Part shown: positions 36,506-47,500 of the stretch, piece by piece
Layout of the letters: each line of letters opens with the position of its first letter
Position numbering within the stretch: position 1 is the first letter of the stretch
NCBI GenBank assembly: GCA_902800645.1
Contig: CADCFC010000002.1
Location: 8,436 to 72,435 of the forward strand
Source of the DNA: an uncultured Erysipelotrichaceae bacterium
Lineage (GTDB): Bacteria > Bacillota_I > Bacilli_A > RFN20 > CAG-826
Length of the DNA: 64,000 nt
Direction of reading: 5' to 3'
Translations under genes and position numbers: made by a program
Notes under the pieces: model-generated
The model's database searches: none
The model's input: only the letters and a program-made list of their open reading frames with translations
Told to the model about the DNA's origin: nothing

Positions 36506-38596
36506 TTACTCTCCCTCTCCTTCTTTTTTAACTTCTTCAGTTGCTTGATTTTCAGCAGTTGGAGAAGGCTCAACATTTACAACTTTTTCTTCTTTCACTT
36601 CATCACTTTTAAGATGTCGATGTTCTAATAAATAATCGATTTCTTCAGCGGTGATTTGTTCATGTTCGAGAAGTGTTTGGGCGATTAACTCAACATCTTT
36701 CTTATATTTCTTAATTAATGAAATAGCTTGTTCATGAGCATCATTAATAATCTTTTGAACTTCAGCGTCAATCTTTTCGGCAGTAGCTAAAGAGAAATTC
36801 TTTTGGCTAGAAGTATAGTCTCTACCAAGGAAGACACTTCCAGTGTCTCTTTCGTATTGAATTGGTCCTAAAGAAGACATACCAAGTTCAGTAACCATTA
36901 ATCTAGCAATACGAGTTGCCATTTCAATATCGTTTTGAGCACCACTAGAAACATCATCGAAGAAAACTTCCTCAGATGAACGTCCACCTAAGTAACCTAC
37001 AATACGTGCTTCTAATTCTTTCTTAGTAAGCAAGAATCTATCTTCTTCTGGAGTCATACGAACATGCCCGCCAGTGTTTCCACGTGGAATAATAGTAATC
37101 TTTTGAACTTTATCAGAGTGTTCAAGCTTTAATCCAATAATAGCGTGACCAGCTTCGTGATGCGCAATTACTTCACGCTCATGTTTATTGAGTGCACGTG
37201 AGGATTTAGCAGGCCCAGCAATTCTTCTATCAATGGCTTCATCAATTTCAGCCATAGTAACGCAGTCTTTCTTTCTTCTAACTGCTAAAATAGCAGCTTC
37301 ATTCATAATGTTTTCAATATCAGCACCAGAGAAACCAACAGTTCTTTTTGCAATCGCGCTGAAATCTACATCTTTATCAAGTTTCTTATTACGAGAATGA
37401 ACTTTAAAGATAGCTTCTCTTCCTTCTTTATCAGGCAAAGAAACGGTAATCTTTCTATCAAAACGACCAGCACGCAATAAAGCAGGATCAAGAACATCAT
37501 CACGGTTAGTAGCCGCCATAACAATAATTCCTGAATTATCAGCAAAACCATCCATCTCAACTAATAATTGGTTAAGGGTTTGTTCACGTTCATCGTTTCC
37601 ACCACCTAAACCAGCACCTCTTTGTCTACCAACAGCATCGATTTCATCGATAAAGACTAAACATGGAGCATTTTGTTTAGCGGTTTTAAACATATCTCTA
37701 ACTCTACCAGCACCAACACCAACGAACATTTCGACAAAGTCGGAACCAGAAATAGAGAAGAAAGGAACACCAGCTTCACCAGCAACAGCCTTAGCTAATA
37801 AAGTTTTACCAGTACCTGGTGAACCAACTAATAAGATACCTTTAGGTAACTTAGCGCCAAATTTTGTATACTTTTGTGGATCTTTAAGATATTCCACAAT
37901 TTCTTCCATCTCTGCTTTTTCTTCATCGCATCCAGCAACATCTTTAAATCTTGTTTTAGAATCTTGAACTCTTCTAGCTCTAGATTTATTGAAATCCATT
38001 GCTTGACGATTTGCGCCATTAACAGAACTAGATAATCTTGAGAACAAGAAGAAGACAACAATAGCAGAGCCAAGAAGCATAATAATTGTTGGTCCCCATT
38101 GATCCCACCAAGTCTCTTGATAAATATCGTTAATAGCAGGAACTGTGAAATGATTTAGGATTGCATTGATAGAAGTATTTTCTACTTTATAAACAGCACC
38201 GTCAGGTAAAGTAACTACAGTTTGAGTAGTAAAGTCAAAATATTCACCAGGTTTATATGGTCCAGCTTCACTAATCGTGTAGGTGTAAGTATATTCTGTA
38301 CTTTGGTAAGTAGTTTTATCAGTGTTAAATGTATAAGATTTTCTTTGTCCGTTAGAGGCAATATATGTACCAGTAATTGAAGTTAAATCAGAACCGTAAT
38401 GATGAGTAACTGTTGCGTTTTCTACTCTTTTATTGATAAGGGCAGCAACATATTCTTCTCTTCCGAGCTTGTCAGAACGATCGATAGTGCCGACAAATCT
38501 ATAAATTAAAATTCCAATTAACCCGACGACGAGGACAATTGCTAATATAAAGCCGAACGATATACGGCGTTGTGGAACTCTTGGTTCTTCAGGCAT
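36506..38596 (-). CDS. ftsH: ATP-dependent zinc metalloprotease FtsH
   Basis: 696 aa. AAA Walker A GSPGTGKTLLAKA, the SRH region, zinc motif HEAGHAI. Strong SD AGGAGGT. Confidence 0.95.
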   Translation of the reverse strand: MPEEPRVPQRRISFGFILAIVLVVGLIGILIYRFVGTIDRSDKLGREEYVAALINKRVENATVTHHYGSDLTSITGTYIASNGQRKSYTFNTDKTTYQSTEYTYTYTISEAGPYKPGEYFDFTTQTVVTLPDGAVYKVENTSINAILNHFTVPAINDIYQETWWDQWGPTIIMLLGSAIVVFFLFSRLSSSVNGANRQAMDFNKSRARRVQDSKTRFKDVAGCDEEKAEMEEIVEYLKDPQKYTKFGAKLPKGILLVGSPGTGKTLLAKAVAGEAGVPFFSISGSDFVEMFVGVGAGRVRDMFKTAKQNAPCLVFIDEIDAVGRQRGAGLGGGNDEREQTLNQLLVEMDGFADNSGIIVMAATNRDDVLDPALLRAGRFDRKITVSLPDKEGREAIFKVHSRNKKLDKDVDFSAIAKRTVGFSGADIENIMNEAAILAVRRKKDCVTMAEIDEAIDRRIAGPAKSSRALNKHEREVIAHHEAGHAIIGLKLEHSDKVQKITIIPRGNTGGHVRMTPEEDRFLLTKKELEARIVGYLGGRSSEEVFFDDVSSGAQNDIEMATRIARLMVTELGMSSLGPIQYERDTGSVFLGRDYTSSQKNFSLATAEKIDAEVQKIINDAHEQAISLIKKYKKDVELIAQTLLEHEQITAEEIDYLLEHRHLKSDEVKEEKVVNVEPSPTAENQATEEVKKEGEGE

Positions 38597-38707
38597 AATA
38601 ATTACCTCCTAAACGAAATAGTGATAGGGATATCTAAATAATAGATATTAAGATTATATTAGTTTTTATTTCCTATGAAAAGCAAAACACATTTAAATGT
38701 GCTTTGA

Positions 38708-39922
38708 TTAAAATTTTACGAAAAAGTTAACACCGGGTGCTATTTTGAAATCTTTACTATATCTAGGAATATAGATGATTTCATTGTTCTTATTCAAAAT
38801 TAAAGGCCATCTTTCTCTTAAAGATATAGGCATTTTCCAGTCAATGAATAATCTTCTAACAGTAGAGTAATAGTCCTTAATCTTAATTCGATCATCTTTT
38901 TTTGCGTTTCTAATTGTTAATGGATAGTCGCTTATATGAACATTTCTATTTGAAGTATCACCTGTAAAATCTAAATAAAAATATGGCGTATCTAAAATAG
39001 TTGGCTCCTTTACTTCGAAAGAGAAATTAAAGTAGTCGTTTTCAGGATTGATAAATGATAGCTTGTTATATTCTTTTAGCAATAATACATTCTTTTTAAT
39101 TCGACTTATAATGTTCGGCTGAGAACTAATAATAATCTTTCTAATTTCACCTACATTTTCTTTAGACAAAGATTGTTCCGAATCTACTTTTCTAATCATA
39201 TAATTAAGACAGTACGCTAGTGATAAATTATCTAGTGTTTTTAGGTAATCAACATCACAAATATTATCCATTTTTAAGTTTGAAATAATAAGATCTAGTT
39301 TAGCGTTTTCATTATTTATTTCTTCAAGAATTTTTTTGCGGTCTTTGTCACTTAATTTTGAAACAATTTCATGTCTAATTTTATTGCGCTTAATGGCCGT
39401 ATCAAAATTAGATTTATCAATGGAATAGGGGACATTATTAGTTTGGCATATTTCAAGTAGATCAGCCTTATTAAAATCAAGTAAAGGTCTAATAACCTCA
39501 ACTCCAAAAATAGTTGTATTTGGCCTAATTCCATAATAAATTGGGGTAATTTGTCGTTGTTTTTGTAAAATATAAGTCTCAATTAGGTCATCTTGATGAT
39601 GAGCAACCAAAATAGCGTCATAGCCAAATTCATCACTTAATCGTTTAAAAAACTTATAACGAATTTCTCTGCATTTTGACTCAATATTTCTAACCGGAAC
39701 ATCTTTATTATCTAAAACGTGAACTTTGACACCATGAGTAGCTGCATAATTAAGAAGTCCATCAACCTCTAAATTAGACTCTTCTCTAAGGTGATAATTA
39801 ACAATAGCGGCGTCATAATTATATCCATCTTTCTTTAACAAATAAAAGAGGGCCATTGAGTCAGGACCGAACGAACACGCTAATAAATACTTTTTAGATT
39901 TATCAAGATTTAAGCTCTTCAT
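38708..39922 (-). CDS. tilS: tRNA(Ile)-lysidine synthetase
   Basis: 404 aa. PP-loop variant ACSFGPDSMAL, HHQDD, and a TilS-type C-terminal domain. Located upstream of ftsH, as in Bacillus. Confidence 0.85.
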   Translation of the reverse strand: MKSLNLDKSKKYLLACSFGPDSMALFYLLKKDGYNYDAAIVNYHLREESNLEVDGLLNYAATHGVKVHVLDNKDVPVRNIESKCREIRYKFFKRLSDEFGYDAILVAHHQDDLIETYILQKQRQITPIYYGIRPNTTIFGVEVIRPLLDFNKADLLEICQTNNVPYSIDKSNFDTAIKRNKIRHEIVSKLSDKDRKKILEEINNENAKLDLIISNLKMDNICDVDYLKTLDNLSLAYCLNYMIRKVDSEQSLSKENVGEIRKIIISSQPNIISRIKKNVLLLKEYNKLSFINPENDYFNFSFEVKEPTILDTPYFYLDFTGDTSNRNVHISDYPLTIRNAKKDDRIKIKDYYSTVRRLFIDWKMPISLRERWPLILNKNNEIIYIPRYSKDFKIAPGVNFFVKF

Positions 39923-40139
39923 ATGAGCCTCTTTCTTTTTTACCTACTTTTTCTACTTTGGCAACTACTGAAAATTTCTTTTCACCTAGAGTGATTAAAA
40001 GAATATCTCCACTATTAACTTCGCTACTAGGTTTAGCAACTTTATCGTTAATTAAAACTAAACCACGAACACAAAATTCTTTAGCAATTGTACGTCTTTT
40101 AATAATTCGACTATCTTTCAAAAATAAATCTATTCTCAT
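39903..40139 (-). CDS. rqcP: S4-domain RNA-binding protein RqcP (YabO)
   Basis: 78 aa. MRIDLFLKDSRIIKRRTIAKE closely parallels B. subtilis YabO MRLDKFLKVSRLIKRRTLAKE. Confidence 0.8.
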   Translation of the reverse strand: MRIDLFLKDSRIIKRRTIAKEFCVRGLVLINDKVAKPSSEVNSGDILLITLGEKKFSVVAKVEKVGKKERGSYEELKS

Positions 40140-43100
40140 GCTACCTCAATGACTTTATTAGTTTCTAATACGTTCACTAATGATTTTAATATATTCTCAA
40201 AATCATTTAACCAATTTTGTTTCTTACTCATTACAATTTTAAATTTATGATTAACGTAACTGATTTTAATAATTCCTAAATAAGGAATAAGAGCCTCAAA
40301 TAATATATTTCCTATCCCTCTAATATTAATGAAGTTATCTCCTAAATTAATTTCTAGATTGTATTTTGTTTCTTTGACTTCTCTAATATCACAAAATTTC
40401 ACCATTAAGTCGATATTGCGTTTAATAAATAATTGCTCAACAGATAAAGGAAGCTTTCCATAAATATCTCTTGTCTTATTTTTAATTTCCATAAGTCCTT
40501 CATAAGAAGAGCAGGAAATAATTTCTTGATAAAGTTCAATTTTATCACTATCATTCGCGTATTCTTTAGGTATATACGCATCAAAATTAACTCCGAGATT
40601 TAAATTATATTGAGGAGGTTCTTTAGTTTCGCCTTCTATTTTTTCTTTTACAGCTTCGTTTAAAAGTTTGATGTACATATCTAATCCAATAGAGTCAATA
40701 AACCCTGCTTGTTCTGGTCCTAATATATCCCCTGCTCCACGAATCATTAAATCTCTTTGAGCGATGCGATATCCACTACCTAAAGCAGTAAATTCTTGTA
40801 GGGTTCTCAGTCTTTTTTGTGCATCTTCTTTTAATGCTTTATTTCCGTTATACATTAAATATGCATATGCAATCCTATTACCACGGCCAACTCTTCCTTT
40901 AATTTGATAGAGTTGAGATAAACCATAATGATCACTATCATCAACAATAATCATATTCGCGTTAGGAACATCAATACCATTTTCAATAATAGAAGTGCAT
41001 ACTAAAACTTGAACATCCCCGTTATAGAATTTAAGCATAACGTCTTCGATGTCGTTTTTATTCATCTTTCCATGAGCAACCGCAATATTAACGTCTGGCA
41101 TCGCTTTCTTTAATCGAGCCGATATCTCATAAATGGTTTCAATATTATTATGAAGATAGAACACTTGTCCTTCTCTTCCTAATTCTCTTTGAATGAGTTC
41201 TTTAACTATATCGCTTCTATATGGAGTGACATAAGTTTGAATAGGCATTCTCTCACTTGGAGGTGTATTAATTTGTGATAAACTCCTAACACCTAATAAA
41301 GAAATCTGTAAGGTTCTAGGAATAGGAGTCGCACTTAAAGTTAGAACATCAATATTACTTTTAAGTTCTTTAATCTTTTCTTTTTGTTCAACTCCAAAAC
41401 GTTGCTCTTCATCTACCACTAATAATCCTAAATCTTTAAATACAATATCCTTAGATAATAATCTATGTGTGCCAATTACAAGATGGGCTTTACCACTTGC
41501 AACTTGCTTTATATATTCCTTTTGTTGCTTTTCGGGAATAAGTCTAGAAAAGATAGCGATATTAATATCAAATCCCGCAAAACGCTTAACAGCAGTTTCA
41601 AAGTGTTGTCTAGCAAGTAATGTCGTCGGACAAAGTAAAGCAACTTGTTTGCCGCTATTAATGGCTTTGAATATTGCTCTAAAAGCAACTTCCGTTTTGC
41701 CAAATCCAACATCGCCGCAAAGTAAACGATCCATCGGATGAGAGCTTTCCATATCTTTTTTGATTTCATTTAAAGATCTTAGTTGGTCTTTAGTGAGTTG
41801 GAATTCACAACTATCTTCAAAAGCTTTTTGGAACTCATCATCTGCAGCGAATTGAAAACCTTCAATTTTATTTCTTTCTACATATAGATTAAATAGACGC
41901 TCCGCTAGATCATGAACTCTCTTTTTAATCTTCTCTTTAGTCTTTTCCCAATCTTTAGTGTGAAGGTGAGATAAGCGGGGTCTTACGCCTTCTTTGCCTA
42001 AATATTTCCTAATTAAAGAGATTTGATTAAGAGGAACATAAAGTATTTCTCCACCAAAATAGGCAATCTTTAAATAGTCTTGATGCTTGCCCTCTACTTC
42101 TAAAGTTTGTAATTCAAGAAATTCACCAATTCCTTGATATTCATGTACGACATAATCTCCAGGAGAAAGGTCTTCACCGCTTCTAACAATTGAAGCTTCC
42201 TTAAATCTATTATCAAATCTAGTAACTCTAACTTTATGATTAAATAGTTCTTTGCTTGATAAGAACACTATCTTTTCATCATCAAGGACAAATCCAATTG
42301 GAAGATTAGAAATAGATAATCCAATTTGTCTTTTATTAGGTAAAGATAATTCTTTAACCATTTCAAAAGGAATATTTTCACTATTGAGTAAATCAATTAC
42401 AGTTTCTAATTGATCCTTGGAGCCTAAAGAAACATTAACTTTATAATTTTGATTAGTGTAATTTCTAATAATGTTAATAATGTCTACGTTTTTACTAGTC
42501 TCAAAAGGAACGTTTTTACAATTAAAGACAATATCTTCACTAAATCTTTGAAGAACAGACGTTCTAATTAAATTGCTTCTATTAAAAGGAAGTCGATCAA
42601 AGTCAAAGAATAAAGATAAACCACTAATAGCCTTGCCGTTTTCAAACAATTCGTATAAGAAAGAACTCGACTCTTCCTGCATCATTTTATTGCTTTCAGA
42701 TAGAGAATGCTCATCCACTAAAACCACGTCATAATCAGAACAATAGTTAATTAAAGAGACAAAATGATTCGAAATTAAGGAGAAATATCGATATAGGTTT
42801 GGTGAGTAATTGTATTCTAAAATTACTTGAACATCACTAACGACTGAATTTCTTAAAGATTCAAAAGTAGAAGCGTCTAATCTACTTTTATCTTTCTCTA
42901 ATTGAGACATGATTTTCTCTGTAGCGTTTTTAGTTTCGTCGTCAGTGAAAATAAAATCGTTAGCGGGAAGAACAGTAACTTTTTCGAGTTTTTCTTTACT
43001 GACTTGAGTTGTTAAATCAAAGCTTCTAATTGAATCAATTTCATCACCAAAAAGTTCAATTCTAATCGGGTCATCATAATTAACTGAGAAAATATCTAAA

Positions 43101-43570
43101 ATATCGCCTCTAGAAGCAAATTGAAGAGATTGATCAATTTTATTAACTTGAGAATAACCCGCTCTAATTAAAGTTTTTTTAATCTCGCTTAGACTAATTT
43201 CTTGTCCAACTTTAAACTTAAGAGTAGCGTCTTTAAAAGTATCAATATCTGGCAAAAATCTAATAATTGAAGCTAAATTTGCCACAATTATTTCATTTTT
43301 ATTATTAATTATCTCATTTAAAGTATAGATACGATTTGCCGCCATCTCTTTTGATAACGAGAGATTCTCTGCTCTTATAAGTTCGTCGCTCATGAACATT
43401 GAAATCTTATTATCTGGCAATAAACTTTTGAGTAAAGAAAACAGTTTTTGAGCTTTAAATAGATTGCTGGTGATTAATAAATATTTATGTTTATCTTGTT
43501 TAAAACTAGCAGCGGTAAGTAAGGAGATTCCGACTAAATCATTAACGACAAAATGCCCACTTCTTGACAA
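40136..43570 (-). CDS. mfd: Transcription-repair coupling factor
   Basis: 1144 aa. UvrB-homology N-terminus, CarD-like RNAP-interaction domain (DYVVHEYQGIG), SF2 helicase motifs (GDVGFGKTEVA, DEEQRFG) and the TRG region. Confidence 0.95.
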   Translation of the reverse strand: MSRSGHFVVNDLVGISLLTAASFKQDKHKYLLITSNLFKAQKLFSLLKSLLPDNKISMFMSDELIRAENLSLSKEMAANRIYTLNEIINNKNEIIVANLASIIRFLPDIDTFKDATLKFKVGQEISLSEIKKTLIRAGYSQVNKIDQSLQFASRGDILDIFSVNYDDPIRIELFGDEIDSIRSFDLTTQVSKEKLEKVTVLPANDFIFTDDETKNATEKIMSQLEKDKSRLDASTFESLRNSVVSDVQVILEYNYSPNLYRYFSLISNHFVSLINYCSDYDVVLVDEHSLSESNKMMQEESSSFLYELFENGKAISGLSLFFDFDRLPFNRSNLIRTSVLQRFSEDIVFNCKNVPFETSKNVDIINIIRNYTNQNYKVNVSLGSKDQLETVIDLLNSENIPFEMVKELSLPNKRQIGLSISNLPIGFVLDDEKIVFLSSKELFNHKVRVTRFDNRFKEASIVRSGEDLSPGDYVVHEYQGIGEFLELQTLEVEGKHQDYLKIAYFGGEILYVPLNQISLIRKYLGKEGVRPRLSHLHTKDWEKTKEKIKKRVHDLAERLFNLYVERNKIEGFQFAADDEFQKAFEDSCEFQLTKDQLRSLNEIKKDMESSHPMDRLLCGDVGFGKTEVAFRAIFKAINSGKQVALLCPTTLLARQHFETAVKRFAGFDINIAIFSRLIPEKQQKEYIKQVASGKAHLVIGTHRLLSKDIVFKDLGLLVVDEEQRFGVEQKEKIKELKSNIDVLTLSATPIPRTLQISLLGVRSLSQINTPPSERMPIQTYVTPYRSDIVKELIQRELGREGQVFYLHNNIETIYEISARLKKAMPDVNIAVAHGKMNKNDIEDVMLKFYNGDVQVLVCTSIIENGIDVPNANMIIVDDSDHYGLSQLYQIKGRVGRGNRIAYAYLMYNGNKALKEDAQKRLRTLQEFTALGSGYRIAQRDLMIRGAGDILGPEQAGFIDSIGLDMYIKLLNEAVKEKIEGETKEPPQYNLNLGVNFDAYIPKEYANDSDKIELYQEIISCSSYEGLMEIKNKTRDIYGKLPLSVEQLFIKRNIDLMVKFCDIREVKETKYNLEINLGDNFINIRGIGNILFEALIPYLGIIKISYVNHKFKIVMSKKQNWLNDFENILKSLVNVLETNKVIEVA

Positions 43571-43629
43571 GAAGGGGGGTATAGCTTTATTCGATTTGAT
43601 GTAGTCAAATAGGTTCGTTAATAAGCCTC

Positions 43630-44181
43630 CTAATTATATTTTGTCATCGCTTTATCGAAGTTATCTTTTAAGATATCTTTAATCGCGTTTGCAGAATTAA
43701 CAATTGCTTCATCAATCAATACTCTTTCTTCTTTTGTAGGTTTAGAAAGTACGTAATCAATCGTGTCATATGTCGGCTCGCCAATTCCTACTCTAATTCG
43801 TTTAATTTCTTGGCTACCAAGATTATCAATGATATTTTGAATTCCCTTATGACCGCCACTAGATCCGCCAGGTCTAAGCCTAATTTTTCCAGGAGCTAAA
43901 GCCATGTCATCATAAACAACAATGATATCTTCTAAAGGAATTTTGAAATATGAAACAATCTCTCTAACTGATTCTCCAGATAGATTCATAAAAGTTTGAG
44001 GCTTTAATAAAAACACATCTTCATCAAAAACTTTTCCTCTGCCAACTAATCCTTTAAATGATTCTTTATCAATATCAATTTGAGAAAGTTCACTAAAAAG
44101 ATCTACGACATCAAATCCCATATTATGACGGGTGTGTTCGTATTTCTTTCCCGGATTACCTAAGCCAACGATTAGTTTCAT
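43630..44181 (-). CDS. pth: Peptidyl-tRNA hydrolase
   Basis: MKLIVGLGNPGKKYEHTRHNMGF is the canonical Pth N-terminus. The track start 44226 is a TTG 15 codons upstream. Confidence 0.9.
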   Translation of the reverse strand: MKLIVGLGNPGKKYEHTRHNMGFDVVDLFSELSQIDIDKESFKGLVGRGKVFDEDVFLLKPQTFMNLSGESVREIVSYFKIPLEDIIVVYDDMALAPGKIRLRPGGSSGGHKGIQNIIDNLGSQEIKRIRVGIGEPTYDTIDYVLSKPTKEERVLIDEAIVNSANAIKDILKDNFDKAMTKYN

Positions 44182-44270
44182 AGTCTTAATAATTTTATTA
44201 TTAGTTCTCTTTTTTGTTAAGGACAAAATTTAGTGCAAGTAATATAGAGATATAAATACTTATAATAAGT

Positions 44271-45251
44271 ATGAAATTGTTATATACTAGCATTGCTATG
44301 AAAATCAAAGAATGGTTTAAAACATTTTTAGCAGGTATCGGAATAGGAATTGGAAGTGCTATTCCTGGAGTTAGCGGTGGCACTATCGCTGTTATCTTAA
44401 AAGTCTATGAAAAGATTCTTTGGGCTGTTAGTAACATCTTTAAAGAATTTAAAAAAGCTGTCATTTATTTATTACCTGTCCTATTAGGAGTTGTTTTATC
44501 AGTCATCCCAATGATCTATTTAATGGATAAGGCGTTAAATGGATTTTTATTTGGAATAATTTGTTTATTTACTGGATTTATTATTGGCTCATTCCCTGGT
44601 GTAAAAGATGAAGCAAAAGGCAAACAAGTTAAAAAAAGCCATATCATTGCTTTAGTTATCGCCTTTATTATCGCCGTAATGCTAGGAGTGTTAAGCGTCA
44701 TTGCTAAAGTTGATGTAACCCCAATATTCGTTTCTCATACATGGTGGTTATACCTAGTTTTAATTCCAGTTGGATTTATTGCTTCTATCGCTTTAGTAGT
44801 GCCTGGATTAAGTGGAAGCATGATTCTTTTGCTAATTGGCTTTTATGCTCCACTATTATCAACAACTACAGGCACATTAAAAGATTGTTTAGAAAATGGA
44901 AATTGGTCCAATCTTCCGTCTTTACTTGGAATATTAGTTTGTTTCGCTATTGGAGTAATAATCGGTTTTTATGTAATAAGTAAATTAATGCACTTCCTAC
45001 TTAAGAAATATAGAATCTTAACTTTTTATGCGATTATTGGATTCATTATCGGAAGCACTATTGCCTTATTCTTTAATTACGAAATCTATCAATATTATTT
45101 AATGTGGTCCAAAGGTTTATATATCTCTGTTCCATATTATATTGAAGTCCCAATTGGAGTAGTCTTACTACTCATCGCATGCGCGTTATCTTATTTATTA
45201 GTAAGATATAAAAGAAAAATAGACATACAAAAAGAAGAGCGAATTGAGTAA
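44271..45251 (+). CDS. DUF368-family polytopic membrane protein (family recently linked to undecaprenyl-phosphate translocation)
   Basis: 326 aa, ~9-10 TM helices. Duplicated motif GIGSAIPGVSGGTIAVIL / VVPGLSGSMILLLIG. Confidence 0.75.
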   Translation: MKLLYTSIAMKIKEWFKTFLAGIGIGIGSAIPGVSGGTIAVILKVYEKILWAVSNIFKEFKKAVIYLLPVLLGVVLSVIPMIYLMDKALNGFLFGIICLFTGFIIGSFPGVKDEAKGKQVKKSHIIALVIAFIIAVMLGVLSVIAKVDVTPIFVSHTWWLYLVLIPVGFIASIALVVPGLSGSMILLLIGFYAPLLSTTTGTLKDCLENGNWSNLPSLLGILVCFAIGVIIGFYVISKLMHFLLKKYRILTFYAIIGFIIGSTIALFFNYEIYQYYLMWSKGLYISVPYYIEVPIGVVLLLIACALSYLLVRYKRKIDIQKEERIE

Positions 45252-45265
45252 CGCTCTTCTTTTTA
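45232..45265. terminator. Bidirectional terminator between convergent genes
   Basis: AAGAAGAGCG-(10 nt)-CGCTCTTCTT, a perfect 10-bp stem followed by TTT. It overlaps the 3' end of 44271..45251 and lies at the stop of 45263..47386. Confidence 0.6.
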
Positions 45266-47386
45266 TAATCTCGTTAAATTAATAATTGCGGAATTATCAG
45301 TAATGCTTTCAATTACAAACGACCAACCAAGATTCTTTCCGTTATCAAGAACAGAATCATCTAAGCTCTTAATATATTTTTGAGGGAATTGAGCCTCATA
45401 TTTTTCCATGGTGAATTCATTTCCAGCGTAGAATAAATCACTGCCACTAAATAATTTATTAGTTTTATGAGAAACAGAAGTGTCGTTTCGAATTAATGAT
45501 AATAGATTATAAATCGCATAATCATTATTATGAGTGCATTTAGCAAGAGGAGAGATATGATCATTATTTCCACCTTCTAAATAATAAGAATTAGAGAAAG
45601 CGTGTTCATATATTCCGTTTGGTCGAGGATCAACAGTCAAGTTTTCATCATATTGGTCGAAGCCAGTGTTTTTGGTTAATCTTGCATCAACATGCCATAG
45701 ACGCACACCAACATTTTTACTACCAAGAGGATAGATACCTCCAAAAGGAGTGTATGTATATCTAGAATCTAAATAATTTAGACCAGTAGGAGTGTATAAC
45801 TCTAATAATAAATATTCATCAAAAGGAGAACCAACAGAGTTAAATTCAGGAGTTAATAAAATTAAATCACCGGTTTCTTGGAAACTATTTAGTTTAATTC
45901 TACAGCTTGAAGTTGGTAAATAAGGGTTAACCCAACCAAAGGCAAACATCGAGAAAGGATCATGTCCTCCAACATTATAATCTTGCATTGAAAAACCAGA
46001 GGCAGACTTATATTGATTTGAATAATCATAATAATCTCTTAAACCAAATAAGTGACCGGTTTCGTGAATATATGTATGAGTGTCAATTCTTAAATTGGTG
46101 GTTGAACCTTTATAGTAAGGTCTAAGTGTTCTAGATAAAGCAGAAGAATAACCATACATAAAGTCATAGCTTGCCCATAAGAAAGTTCCGACTTGAGGAT
46201 TATCAACTTGATAACCTCTACTACCAGGGCAACAATACGCCCACAAATTAGTGTTATTACGATAACTATTATCAACTCCATAAGAGAAATAATCAGGAGC
46301 AGCGTAAATTAACGCTAAAGCGTCAATAAATCCATCACCATCACTATCGTAATCAAGTCTAGATTCATCACGGTGTTCAGCAAAATACCAATCAACAATA
46401 GTATTAGCGAGTTCTCTAGTTTTAGTTAAAGAAGTCGTATCAATTCCAATAGAAGAAGAAACATCTCCATTATTGATGTAATAATTAGAGAAATACCAAT
46501 CGCTAACCTTACCCTGTAAATTAAGTTTTCCTCTACTTTCACTATTATAGTAGGAAGAAACACTTTGCCAGCCAGTTACACTTCCATCACTAAAGAAAGC
46601 TGAGTTTAGATCTTCATAAATATTTCCTCTAACAGAATCAGGAAGGAAAGAGGAAGAATCTTTAAACCAAACAGGCACCACTAATAATTTAGTGTCGCCA
46701 ATTGTTGGAGCGTTTCTATTGCTCAAATCTTTATATGTAATATTTGGAATGATCTTATTAGCCGCGTTAGCGACAGAAATATCAATCGTTTCGTTAATGT
46801 TTTCGCTACTCGCTTTAATTGTAGTAACCCCTTCTGTTTCGTCATAGAAGTTATAACTATCAACGTCCACTCTATGAGAAACAACATCTTTATATTCTTG
46901 GCTGTTTCTTAAATAGGAAACTGTTATTTCATCGTTATAATTAGAAGGAGTAACATCTAATGAAAAATCGATGACATCCATCGTTCTAATTGATGTAGTT
47001 GATATATCAAAAGATATGCTTTCAGCAGGAGTGTCTTCTTCGTTAACCGTTAATTCGATTAAATTAGAAACAACTGATCCAGAATAACAATATAGTCTAT
47101 AAGTACCACCACTTCCAAAACTTGAACGGTAATCAACTTGCTTATCATCTTCATCGATAAGAGTTAAATTAACAAGCTCTAAAGGAATATCCTTAACTTC
47201 ACCATTTTTATATCTAGCAACTACTTCTAAGCGATTGGTTTCACTAAATTTGTAATCTTTAAAATAAGCATTACGATAATCATAAATAGAAATCTCTTCA
47301 ATAGTGTTATAAAAATCATTTATCGCACAACTGCTGAGAGATAATAGTAATGATGGAAGTAAAAGAAGAGATAATTTCTTTTTCAT
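45263..47386 (-). CDS. Lipoprotein with M6-like (immune-inhibitor-A-type) zinc metalloprotease domain
   Basis: 707 aa. Lipobox LSLSSC at aa 15-20. HExxH in HETGHLFGLRDYYD, which fits the M6-family pattern HExGHxxGLxDxYD. Confidence 0.7.
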   Translation of the reverse strand: MKKKLSLLLLPSLLLSLSSCAINDFYNTIEEISIYDYRNAYFKDYKFSETNRLEVVARYKNGEVKDIPLELVNLTLIDEDDKQVDYRSSFGSGGTYRLYCYSGSVVSNLIELTVNEEDTPAESISFDISTTSIRTMDVIDFSLDVTPSNYNDEITVSYLRNSQEYKDVVSHRVDVDSYNFYDETEGVTTIKASSENINETIDISVANAANKIIPNITYKDLSNRNAPTIGDTKLLVVPVWFKDSSSFLPDSVRGNIYEDLNSAFFSDGSVTGWQSVSSYYNSESRGKLNLQGKVSDWYFSNYYINNGDVSSSIGIDTTSLTKTRELANTIVDWYFAEHRDESRLDYDSDGDGFIDALALIYAAPDYFSYGVDNSYRNNTNLWAYCCPGSRGYQVDNPQVGTFLWASYDFMYGYSSALSRTLRPYYKGSTTNLRIDTHTYIHETGHLFGLRDYYDYSNQYKSASGFSMQDYNVGGHDPFSMFAFGWVNPYLPTSSCRIKLNSFQETGDLILLTPEFNSVGSPFDEYLLLELYTPTGLNYLDSRYTYTPFGGIYPLGSKNVGVRLWHVDARLTKNTGFDQYDENLTVDPRPNGIYEHAFSNSYYLEGGNNDHISPLAKCTHNNDYAIYNLLSLIRNDTSVSHKTNKLFSGSDLFYAGNEFTMEKYEAQFPQKYIKSLDDSVLDNGKNLGWSFVIESITDNSAIINLTRL

Positions 47387-47446
47387 ATAACTTCATTATT
47401 TTAATACAATTTGCATTAAAATACATAATCTATATCGCGCATAAAT

Positions 47447-47476
47447 TAAAAAGGACTTGCCAATTAAGACAAGTCC
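47447..47476 (-). terminator. Rho-independent terminator after the C11 protease gene
   Basis: Minus strand: GGACTTG-(10 nt)-CAAGTCC followed by TTTTT. Confidence 0.6.
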
Positions 47477-47500
47477 ATAAATATTAATTAATGTAATTAA

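Noticed and set aside
44182-44226. N-terminal extensions from non-ATG or upstream starts in the ORF track: pth 44226, miaA 20608, ymcA 20915, cca 31315, dusB 36576, pgsA 27194, recA 25999, cmk 33687
   Set aside because: Several of these are TTG codons lying in terminators or in upstream genes. Canonical family N-termini begin at downstream ATGs, so the coordinates were trimmed, with the uncertainty noted.
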